Assembly: GCF_016432865.1 (NCBI RefSeq)
Contig: NC_067401.1
Location: 38,936,001-39,000,000, forward strand
Length of the DNA stretch: 64,000 nucleotides
Source of the DNA: Antechinus flavipes
Taxonomy: Eukaryota
Reading direction: 5' to 3'
The notes below the pieces were generated by a model, which was not told where the DNA came from, did not search any database, and saw only the letters and a list, made by a program, of their open reading frames with translations. Positions 14,161-25,130 of the stretch are shown in pieces; within the stretch, counting starts at the first letter, position 1; the number at the start of each line of letters is the position of its first letter. The translations under genes and the position numbers were made by a program.

Positions 14161-15146
14161 AAGAAAGGAAGGAAGAAAAAATAGAAAAGGGAAAAAAAGA
14201 AAAAAATCATTTTAGGGAAATCCTAGACATGAGTCATACCTAATCTCTAAGTGATTTCCCCCCCAGGGCTCTTGGATAGGGGTTAAAAAAGAGACAATGC
14301 TATATGATCTAATTCCTCTCTAAAGGTCAGTCTCTATCAGCCCTGAATCTGTTTCACACGAGTTTAGAATTCCATCCCTGAATGGAAGAGAGAGTACCAG
14401 CCCTGTGGACTAGAAGATCCTTTTGCATTTGAAGGGTTATTTGGGATCTGAGGAATTAATTTCTATCAAACTTAAGTATTAAATCTTTCCCTACCTCCCA
14501 TACCTCCACATGCTTGGGCTTTACCTGAATTTGTTTGCTTTCTTCTTCTTTTTTAATCTAAACTCTCCTACTCTTACCATCAGGGGAGTTCAAATTTAGA
14601 GTTTTCCTTAAAAAAAATTGCCAAGGTCCCTTCTAGAAAGATATATAGTGTGACAACATAAACTAAATATAGGACAGCTATTTATTTAAACACAAAGCCA
14701 CATGTTCAGAAGAGAGAAAATTGTGAATGTTCTCTTACCCTTTTTTTATTATGAATTTGACTTATGACTTATTAACTATATCCATAAACAGGAACATTTC
14801 CATATACAAACAAGAAATGAAAAAAAGATAGTACTTGAAATCATGAATCTATTATTTAGGCCTTGTTTTTAAATACATATAATTTAACATTATTAAATTT
14901 TAACTGATATTATTAACACTACCCTGTTTGATTTTCCCTTTAAAGTCTATTGAGGAGAATCATCTGGCTTAGTGACCAATCTCTCAAATAGGGGCTCCAT
15001 GTGATATGAAGGGGAGGCTAAAGTCTGTTAAGGGCTGACCAGAAGCCTCTAGACAAGCAAATCTTTTTTTCAGAGGCCCATCAGAAAGGGCAGAACAAAG
15101 ATATAACTGACAGGATCTAGCTCCAGAGACAACACATGTGATCCTT

Positions 15147-15199
15147 GAAAGTGTGTGGGTCAAAAAAAAAAAAAAGAAAGAAAGAAAGTGTGTGGGTCA
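15147..15199 (+). mobile_element. Poly(A)-only retro-insertion with a 16-bp TSD
   Basis: gaaagtgtgtgggtca occurs at 15147-15162 and 15184-15199, flanking an A-rich 21-mer. The target tt|gaaa resembles an L1 endonuclease site. Confidence 0.8.
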
Positions 15200-15656
15200 G
15201 AAACCATTTAATAAAAAAAGGACTGGAGAGATCTCTAGAAGGAAAGCAAAGTTTATTATATGTTCCCGGGAGAATGGGGCATCCCAACCATCGAGCAGAC
15301 AGTCGAAGGGAGGAAGCACCATAGGGGCAGGTCAACGCTTTTAATCCCTAATGCAAATTCCCCCTCCCACCACTGACCCTCATCCTTATTGGCTGAGGAT
15401 CTTACATTCTAAACGTGGGAACTACCCAAGGAATTGAACTTGACCAATAAATATATAGTTGCCCATATTTGGTTGAAATAGGGAGGATAACAAAAAGGGG
15501 TCTTAAGTATGCCCTTAAGAGGATAGCAGGGAGGAGACATTAAGTATGCCCTTAACTTAATGCTTAAAGTCCTTCAGGCCTACTCAAAGTTTGAAATAGA
15601 TGAAGCCTTACTTGATTTTCACAACTGTCTTGAAAGATCTCACCTTATCTCGTTCA
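15189..15656 (-). mobile_element. ERV 3' LTR (LTR family A, copy 3)
   Basis: TG...CA ends. It follows env and the PPT. Contains U3 tandem repeats, CCAAT, the octamer ATTTGCAT and AATAAA. Confidence 0.92.
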
Positions 15657-15668
15657 GTCCCCCCTCTT
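15657..15668 (-). mobile_element. Polypurine tract
   Basis: AAGAGGGGGGAC lies immediately 5' of the TGAACGAG start of the LTR. Confidence 0.85.
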
Positions 15669-15749
15669 ATTTATACACTGAGATCTCTTCAAATTCTTGT
15701 AGCATAACTTCACATTCCCTATGGAATTCCTCAGCCCCTTCTGGTTCCT

Positions 15750-17300
15750 GTCGGTGTCCTTGGATCACTGGCTCCCACCCTGTCTTTTTAACACCATCAA
15801 TCTAACAGACCCTTTGGCTTTCTCTTCCAACCTAATTATTCTAGGTAATGAGTTTTGGACTCTTCTAGTTATCAATCGGATCAAACAAGGTATGCAGATA
15901 GGGAGTAATACAACACTACTGAGAGCTACAAGGCCAATCCAAAGGAGCTGCTTCCACCAGTTTCCCCCAAACCAGGATCACCAAGAAGTATTGAATGGTG
16001 AGGTCCAGGTCTGTACAGGAACATGAGCAAGTTTCCTAATGTTTTTAATGACTTTTTACTAGATTTCCATTGTCATCTTTATATATCTTTATAGTTTCAC
16101 ACAAACTTCCCCTTCTGGTGTTAATTTCTACAACTACTTGAAGCTTAATTATCCTGTTCAACATATATATTGGGGTTCTATATCCCCAACTTCCATCTTG
16201 AGCCCAGGTGGCTGGCTCATATTCTAACTATTCTTTCTGGAGGCCAGGCGTCACCCCAACCATTTGCATCTCCAGTCTGAGTAATGGAGGTATCTGAACC
16301 CTATTTCTCTCTTCCCAAATCATCTTACAACTGAATCCCTAAATACTGGTTTGCCTATTCAGGAAGAAAGAAAAATCTTGGCCTTATTAGTCCAATATAG
16401 CAAATCCCTGTCCAATTAAGAGGTAGGTGAGTATAAGCAGTCAAGCCACAGATCCAATAATGACCCTTCAGAGCAGGTTGTTCCCTTGAGAATGTCTGAA
16501 CTATTCTTTGTAAAAGGGCAATATTGCTGATCTCTCATCCCTAGGGGACCTTCCCCTACAAAGGTGACATACTGACATTTCCATAAACCCTGCTTCTTCC
16601 TCCTACAATTGGCAACTGGTCATTGACCTATTAGGTTAGAGGTATTCCAAAATGTGAGAAACAGAGTCCCATGTTTCCCAGGTGTCCCTGGGGTAACATG
16701 GTACCAACCCCATCAATGTCTAGACAGGTAAAAACTTAGTTTTCCAAATCCTTGCAGCCTCCCTCATGTCTCCTAGAGACAGAGCAAAGAAAAATTTTTG
16801 TCAATCCACAGCAATTCCTAAGGAATTGTGCCAGAGCTCCCAAGAGCTCCAAATGACGACTGCAGTGTCCACTACAAGATAAGGAAAGAAAAAGTCTTTT
16901 ACCTTGTCCAGAGTTAAGTCCACTCACATACACTAGTTCCCAGCTTCAAACTTTGCCCTGTTTAACAAATCCTATCTTCTGTCAATGGCCATGGATATTT
17001 CTCTTCTAAGTTCCAGAAACCAGTCCCATTATGAATTTGGGGTCAATTACTAAGGATCCAGGCTGGGCTTAAGGGGCAGGTACCCATGGCCATTAGCTCA
17101 GTTGTTGGGATCCACCACAGATCCAACAATTTGATAAGTCAAAAGTTCTCCCTATATTCTGCATGAGCAGGAGGAGCTGGTTCTCATCTCTGGAAGATAA
17201 AGGTCTGGTTTCTATGGCTATCATGAGGAAATAGGCAGACCGAAAGCTCAGGGAAAGCCCCATGAGAGTTTCCCAAAGTAATTAATGTAAGAAAAGCCAT
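15750..17300 (-). mobile_element. Decayed ERV env gene, class I, ERV3/HERV-E/HERV-I-like
   Basis: GHYWICGLTAYTHLPLNWTGICYIGLIRPRFFFLP; mutated furin site GREK*; WPPERIV...[26 protein letters not shown]; DDNG...IRKLAHVPVQTW; hydrophobic TM WWKQLLWIGLVALSSVVLLPICIPCLI. Several stops and frameshifts. Confidence 0.92.
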
Positions 17301-17379
17301 ACAGTTACAACACACTGGATTCAGAATTGGAAGTTCCCTCCTCAAATGTAATTTAAGGTCTCCCCATCTTCCACCCAGA

Positions 17380-17630
17380 TAAAGGTGGTGCCACAGGTCC
17401 TTTTGTTCTGGTGTGGTGTGTCCAGCCTCGTTCCTGGGTGCAAATTGCAGTGTCTGAGAAGTCAGTAGCATCTGGTAGGGTCTGTCCCAGCACAGAGTCA
17501 GCTTCTCATCCTTCTAGGAATGGATCAACACCCAATCTCCACCGGAAACCTAGGAGTCTGAGCTATTAACCTTTTTGTTGAAGTCCTTGTAAATGTCTTA
17601 GCAATGATTTAACATCTCTTAAGAAATAAA
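17380..17630 (-). mobile_element. ERV pol remnant: integrase C-terminal domain
   Basis: Frameshifted translation LQGLQQKGLIAQTP...WDRPYQMLLT.ETAICTQERGWTHHTRTKGPV resembles the class I ERV IN motif WEGPYQVLLTTETAVRT.ERGWTHHTRVK. Confidence 0.85.
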
Positions 17631-17634
17631 TCCT

Positions 17635-18610
17635 TTGATAATGTGGAATGTTGGAGGGGATGTGGGAAAACAGGGACACTGATACATTGTTGGTGGAATT
17701 GTGAACATATCCAGCCATTCTGGAGAGCAATTTGGAACTATGCTCAAAAAGTTATCAAGCTGTGCATACCCTTTGATCCAGCAGTGTTTCTATGGGGCTT
17801 ATACCCCAAAGAGATACTAAAGAAGGGAAAGGGACCTGTATGTGCCAAAATGTTTGTAGCAGCCCTGTTTGTAGTGGCTAGAAGCTGGAAAACGAAAGGA
17901 TGCCCATCAATTGGAGAATGGTTGAATAAATTGTGGTATATGAATGTTATGGAATATTATTGTTCTGTAAGGAATGACCAGCAGGATGAATACAGAGAGG
18001 ACTGGCGAGACTTACATGAACTGATGCTAAGTGAAATGAGCAGAACCAGGAGATCATTATACACTTCGACAACGATATTGTATGAGGACATATTTTGATG
18101 GAAGTGGATTTCTTTGACAAAGAGACCTGAGTTTCAATTGATAAATGGCGGACAAAAGCAGCTATACCCAAAGAAAGAACACTGGGAAACGAATGTGAAC
18201 TATCTGCATTTTTGTTTTTCTTCCGGGTTATTTATACCTTCTGAATCCAATTCTCCCTATGCAACAAGAGAACTGTTCGGTTCTGCAAACATATATTGTA
18301 TCTAGGATATACTGCAACATATCCAACATATAAAGGACTGCTTGCCATCTAGGGGAGGGGGTGGAGGGAGGAAGGGGAAAAAAATTGGAACAGAAATGAG
18401 TGCAAAGGATAATGTTGTAAAAAAAAAAAAATTACCCTGGCATGGATTCTGTCAATATAAAGTAATTATTAAATAAAAATTAAAAAAAAAAAAAGAGAAT
18501 GGAGCACCCCCCAAAAAAATTACCCTGGCATGGGTTCTATCAATAAAAAGTTATTTAAAAAAAAAAAAAGAAAAGAAAAGTACTCATATTATTAAAAAAA
18601 AAAAAAAAAA
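17635..18610 (+). mobile_element. 5'-truncated young L1 with stacked tails
   Basis: ORF 17643-18098 encodes the L1 ORF2 C-terminus (ECWRGCGKTGTLIHCWW). The 3' UTR is followed by three A-tracts. Confidence 0.95.
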
Positions 18611-19599
18611 GTATCTATGACTAGTCATGTTCCTAAGAAGGAGAATGCCCTAGCCAAAGCAGAAGGAGGCTGGGGGGGTGTCATTACATTTATGTATTTA
18701 CTGCCCTCATTACACAAACATCAAAGGACTGAATTCCTGCTTGTGAGACTTTGTGAGCAATTTTTTTGTGGGACACATTGTATTCGTAAGGATTCGTTCT
18801 CAATGGGTAAATAATATTTTTTAATGTTATGACTCAAACTATGACTACCTACATTAGCCTTGCAATGATTAGTATGAGATGTGGGTAGCAGGTGTGTAGG
18901 TAGTAGGTAGTAGGGTGGGGTAGGTGTCTTTGAGAAGTTTGTAATTTGGCAACAGCTTGATTTTTTCCAAGCTTTATTACCAATACAGACACTAGATTCA
19001 AGAAAACAGTATAAAACTACTTAATGTGACAATGGACACCTTGCTGAATTGACATTGCTACCCCATAACTGAATAACTAGGACTCATTAATGAGCCAGAA
19101 TTCTCATCAAGGGCTCTTAATTTGGAAGGGGGATACTTGGAGAATATGATGACAAAGATGCTGAATAGATTTTAAGCCATACTGTAGATGTCTTGCTGTG
19201 TAATGAATCAGATTTCATGGCAACTAGGAGACAAGAAGCAGTTTATACTCATCCAACAGTTGTTATTAGATGTCCAAACATGTAAGTACTATCCACTTCT
19301 AGTTATTCAAATAAACACAAATAATACTTCCAGAAAGAAACTGAAAAGTGTTCCTAAAGATTACAAAATTTGGGGCAAGAAATTGAGGACCATAGGGACA
19401 CAGGCAGTGTTTTTTCCCTATTGAACACTGAAAGCAGTGGATATAGTAAGAAAAACATTATTTCAGGAAATTAGTAGCTGTGTGTATAGAAATGACAGAC
19501 TCCTAGCCAGGGATGGAGTATACCTAACAAATATAAAAATGTATTAGCCCACAGTATGAGAAAGAGAAAACTACTTAAAGAGCTGTTGTATACATATGT

Positions 19600-19626
<27 letters not shown>
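19600..19626. repeat. (CA)n microsatellite
   Basis: Seen directly in the sequence. Confidence 0.95.
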
Positions 19627-19630
<4 letters not shown>

Positions 19631-21074
19631 TACATATGTATGTGTTTGTGTGTATGCATATTTATGCATAGAAAACTATTTAGAGATATCTGTATGCATA
19701 TGCATATACATATATATTTGTGTATAGAAAAAGAAGAGGAGAGATGCCTTTGTTTTTTTTTTTTTACTTAATTTGTATCATAAAAACCCCATTCAGATGT
19801 GTTTATTTAAAGCTTAGGGAGAAGAATGGCAAAAGATATATGATGTAAATCAGGTCCATGGGAATACTATTTGTTTTCTCCAAGCAAAAGAAATCCTAAA
19901 GATGAAATGGGGAGGCTAAATGGTTCTGAAGCTAGGAGGACCTGAGTTCAAATCCAACCTCACTTATCAATTACTAAACATGTGACCCTGGACAAGTCAC
20001 TTACCCAATTGCCTCGAAAGCAAAAAAAAAAAAAAAAAAATGAAATGCTAAAAGGCTCTTCCAAGAGGCCCTGCTGAAAACTTAAACAGGCAGCAAGTAA
20101 TGACTATAGTCTCTGGGGAGGTTAAAATTTGAACATTAAAACATAAAGCAGTTTTGAGGCTTGCTGATTAAGCATGGTCATACTTCACCTCACTTTGCAA
20201 AGTCCCGTTGAAGGTAAGTGTCTTCTGACAAGTTAGATGTGGAATTAAATTCATCTAAAATCTGTTGATCATCATTTCCAAGATAAGAAACTTTCCTCGG
20301 TCACCAATCAGCTCTGATCAGAGGATCCAAAATCTCCAACCTCTTAGTCTCACAAGATGGCTTCTGAGGCAAGATGTTTTCATCCAAAGATCATTGTTTG
20401 TTTGCTTCTAGCCAGAAAAGGAAAAGCAAATCAGAACAGGTACCCAGAGCTCCAAGGTCCAAACATAGTCAAATGTCTGCTCCAGCTATCAGCTATATTT
20501 ATGCCAGAAGGAAGAGTTGCTCAACATTAATGACCCAAGATAAGTAAAGAGCTTGTAAAGCAGCACCTGATTGCCCATGAAGCATTTTTCAGGATTGTTA
20601 AATAGGCACGGAATTCAAATCACCTGGCTCAGATGAACTGCATCCTCAGACAGTGAGAGAGAAATCGGACCTGTGATTTCTGAGGCACTGTCCCAAATCA
20701 CAGGAAATGCGAGAATTATCACAGGACTGGAGAAGGGAAAATGTCCTGATTTCCCAGGAAGGGAAGAGAACAGAGATTACAAACTAAAGGTCAATGAGCT
20801 TGACTACAATACCTGGGAAAATTGTAGAATGAATTATGAAAGTGAAAGATGTTAATGAACATCTAGGAAAAGATGATCACAAAGAACCAGCATGTCTTTA
20901 AGAAGAGGTATGGAAGCATATCCAAAACAAAACAAAAACCCAACCAAATCCTTTTTTTTTGTTTGTTTCTTTAGAAATATTAAAAAATACTATTTCTTCA
21001 GCCTAAAACTCATTCTAGAATTTTCCCTTTAGGGAAATGGGAAAAGCAAAAGCTAAGATCTTTCTTTACCATGG

Positions 21075-21545
21075 CATAAAGGTGACCATTAAATTTAACC
21101 CTAGTTTCTGATTTTTCTTGTGCAGCATAATAAATGTGGACATATGCAGAGAAGAATTGTGCATGTTTAATCTACATTGGATTACTTGCTCTCTAGGGGA
21201 AGGGGTGGGGTGGCAGGATGAGGAGAAGAAAAAATTGAAACATGGGTTTGCAAGGGTGAATGTCAAAAACTATCTTTGCATATATTTTGTTTTTTTTTTC
21301 TGATTGGATTATTATTATTTATTTATTTTATTATTTTTTTTGTAGCTTTCCATCTACTTATTTATTTATTTATTTATTTATTTTTTAAATTTAATTTTTA
21401 TTTAATAATTACTTTATATTGACACTCGTTTCTGTTCCGATTTTTTTTCCCCTCCCTCCCTCCACCCACTCCCCTAGATGGCAAGCCGTCCTTTATATGT
21501 TGGATATGTTGTCTTTGCATATATTTTGAAAAAAAACTTATTTTA
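21075..21545 (+). mobile_element. L1 3' end, interrupted by an antisense L1
   Basis: L1 3' UTR motifs (ttttcttgtgcagc...caagggtgaatgt). Confidence 0.8.
21290..21511 (-). mobile_element. Young L1 3' fragment inserted antisense
   Basis: 17-bp TSD tctttgcatatattttg at 21273-21289 and 21512-21528. Confidence 0.9.
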
Positions 21546-21618
21546 AAAATAAAATTTTATAAAGTTTCAGCATGAAAAAAATGGGTTTGTATTCACCTTT
21601 TTGAAAATAAGTAAATTT

Positions 21619-21750
21619 GGGGCAGCTAGGTGGCACAGTGGATAGAGGACCAGTCCTGAAGTCAGGAAGCTCTGAGTTCAAATGTGGCCTCAGACACTTA
21701 ACACTTCCTAGCTGTGTGAAGTTGCTTAACCCCAATTGCCTCAGCAAAAT
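21619..21750 (+). mobile_element. WSINE1-like SINE
   Basis: ggggcagctaggtggcacagtggatag with Pol III A/B boxes and an A-rich tail. Confidence 0.88.
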
Positions 21751-24519
21751 AAGTGAGTGAATGAATGAATGAATTTAACTCTAATCTATATAAGATCATT
21801 GCCTCCCCATGCTCAAATGTGATTATCATGACTTTTCCAATGACAGTGTTTTCTCTTTTGAATTTGGAGGTTAAGATATTGATCTCAGGATGAAACATTT
21901 TATTCATTAAGTGGAGTTGTCCAGGAAGAAAATGAGTAGTTTAGAATGTTAACTCATGTTATTTTATTTTATTTTAATTATTATCTTTTATATTTTAATA
22001 TATATCACATTTTATATATTTATTATATGTAACATAATAAATTATATTATGTGTATTTAAAACACATATTTATATATTATAGAAAATATAATTTATATTT
22101 TATGTTATTTTGTAATTTTATAAAATTAATATTTTAATTATTATTTTTTTCTTTGTTCAAGTCTCCCATAAATGTTACCTAAAATTATCTTGGGGAAAGT
22201 TATGTCAGATGACATGGGGCAGGGGGAGGGGGAGGGTCTATGTCAGTATGAAGATTTTCAAATGAAAAATGGTCTAGATATAGACTAATGTTCAACTCAA
22301 TAAATATTGTTTCAAGAAGATGAAGCTAAAATGCAGAGAACATTATTAGTATTATTTCTTTCCCCCTTCCCCTCAAACATAGATCATTCCAGACAAAGTT
22401 TATTTTTTTTATGACAAAGTTATTAAGTTCCTCTACCCCATTTTATTTACTTATTTGGTTTGGAGGCAATGGGATTGTGTTGTGGGTTCAGTTATTCAGT
22501 CATACACAACACTTTATGTGTTCACCCTGCGAACTCCGTCGTAACTATATTGTCTATGGAGTTTTCTTGGCAAAGGAACTGAAATAGCTTGCCATTTCCT
22601 TCTCCAGTGGGCTGAGACAAACAGAGATTAAATGAATTGCCTAACCTGATATAGCTAATGAGTATCTGAGCAAGAATTTGAACTTCAGACCTAGAGCTCT
22701 CTCCACCTCACTCTCATGAAGAACAAATGATTCATCTAGATTTTAACAATGCATCTAATAAAGAATATTTTACTGTTCTTATGGAAAAGATAAAAGTATG
22801 GACTAGAAGATAATACAATTAGATGTATTTGGAATTGATTATCTAGGTTCAAAGAGTATTTATTAATGATTCAATGTAATCTTCTTAGGATAGTTCCAAT
22901 AGCGTCCCAGGAATCTGTGTTTGATCTTGTATTGTTGAGCATTTTTGCCAATAACTTAGATAAAAATACAAGTTCTATAGTCATAAAATCTGTTATAATG
23001 GAAATTCCTTTCAGGTAGGAGTCAGGAGCACTTGAGTTCAAATCTAGTTTCAGACAGTTACTAGCTGTGTGATCCTGAGAAAGACACTTAACCCCATTGC
23101 CTCCAAACTAAAAAAACAAATAAAATGGGTTAAGGGTGACTAATTGAATCAATCGCTTCCTTTGTAATTGTTTGGAACCAGGGTTTAAAGTCAGAAGACC
23201 TGGATTTGAATCCTTACTCTTTGACTTAATTGTTCTATCACCTTATTCATTTATTCCCTACTAAATCTCAATTTCCACATCTGTACAATGAAAGAAACTG
23301 AACTCAATGCTCTCTAAGGTCGCTTTTAGTTTTAAAACTATGACCCTATGATAAAATCATGAACCTACTGAAGTACAATACTAGTATTAGCAACCAAAAT
23401 TTTGGACTTTTGCCTACTTCTATTTATGGGTGGTATATTTCCCAACCTCAGCTATCATGTCCTCTATACTATCCCCAAACCTCTCAGAGATGGTTATCTC
23501 CTTTTCTCTTACAGACACAGTCGTTTTGAGTAAAGCAGATCCATATGTAGTAGCAAGGAATTCTGTCCCTAAACATCCTCTGGGAAAATTCCTGCCCTGG
23601 ATGAACCCTACCATGAAGTATTAGATCTGGAATCAGATGAATGAGTTTCAAGTATTAATTTTGCTATTTGGTTGTCATGTGTCTGATTCATTTGACTTTT
23701 CAGGTCTCAAGTTTCCTAACCTATAAAATGGAAGAGGGAGGTGGGCTTGATAATCTCTAAAATTCCAATTAATAAATCTGTGATTTTATGTTCTTTATAA
23801 CCTCCTGATTTTTCCTCTTAAAAGTAATTTTATCTTTTCCCCATCTCCAGCCCTCTCTGGTGTTTTTAACAGATGACCAGTCCCTCCATATCCCCTTGTC
23901 CAGAGATTTTTGCATCCCAAGCTTGCTCTGGAGATGGAGAGGGCATGGGAAAGAAGAAAAAGGGCATGCAAAGAAACAGGAAGAATTACAAACCCAAGGA
24001 CCATAGAATGTTGCCAGCTCTCACCAAGTCTGTTTACTGTCAACACATATGTACTAATATTTACAGATCTCACAGATGTTTGTAAATGAGGCAAAGCTGT
24101 GAGGAGGACTGAAACAGAAGAAATGGCAGCCCTGTAGGAGACCTCCTTTCCTGGTAACCAATGATCAGGAGCCAATTAAGAGGATTATCCAGTTCCTAAA
24201 TATGAGTTTAAAGTCAAGGTTCCTCTATTCTCATCAATCCTATTATCTCCAACTTGCTTTACTAAAAAACATGCTTGACAAAAGGGTAATTCTTGATCTT
24301 AAAGAGTTTCAGGGAGGAGATTCTATCACTTCCTCACTCTCCAATTCCATGATTTAACCTCTCTCAGGAAGCTTTTTATATCTAGCCTCCATCCCTATTG
24401 TTGCAACTGAAATAGATTCTAGCCTTAAGGCATCTTGCAAATAATGGATATGTTGCCTCATATTATTACTGTTGGATATTATTCTCATACTTATTTACAT
24501 GTTGCTTTGCAAGTGGATA

Positions 24520-25130
24520 GTGCTAACAAACTATAGATGGCATAAATTGGGGGTAGTCTCAGAGGGAAGGCACTGAGATTAAGGAGTACAGAAGATGGGA
24601 TTTTCACAGACTTGAAGGAATGCAGGGAAACCAGAAGGCACAGATGAGGAGGGAGGAAATTCCAAGCACGGAGGACGCTCAGAGTCAAGAGATGAAGAGA
24701 ATGATGTGTGAGGAAAAGCAAGACCAGTGGCATTGTTCTTAGAACACATGGAGAGCATAAAATATAAGACTGGAATAGAGGAAGGGAATAGATTACACAG
24801 GGCTTTAAAAACCAAAGAGAAGATTTTATATTCGATCCTAGAGGTAATAGGGAACCACTGGAATTAATTAACTAGGGGAATGTTACGGTCAGATCTATAC
24901 TTGAGGAAGGCCGCTTGACAACTGAGTGAAGGATGGACTGGAAAACTCCCCCAGCTATTGTAATAGTCCAAGCATGAAGTGATGCGGGCCAGCGCCAGAG
25001 TGGTGGCAATCTCAAAGAAGAGCTGGAGCGTGTATGAAGGATTTTACACAGGTAAAATTGACAGACCTGGGCAACAGATTGGATGTGGGGAGTTGAGAGG
25101 AGCAGAGAAGGACCTCTATAGGTTGTGAGA
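24520..25130 (-). mobile_element. L2 fragment
   Basis: Typical antisense L2 3' region (agggctttaaaaacc...gaggtaatagggaaccactgg). Confidence 0.75.

Larger units (their letters stand above)
20605..22990 (+). mobile_element. One L3/CR1 RT region broken into pieces by later insertions
   Basis: Colinear motifs KSPGSDELHP (about 20620), RS.QTKFIFF.DKV (about 22385), LDF..A and GVPQGSVLG-like (about 22740-22930). Confidence 0.75.

Noticed and set aside
12850-15656. LTR copies 2 and 3 as the two ends of one provirus
   Set aside because: They are in inverted orientation. Proviral LTRs are direct repeats, and the env/PPT lies on the far side of copy 3.
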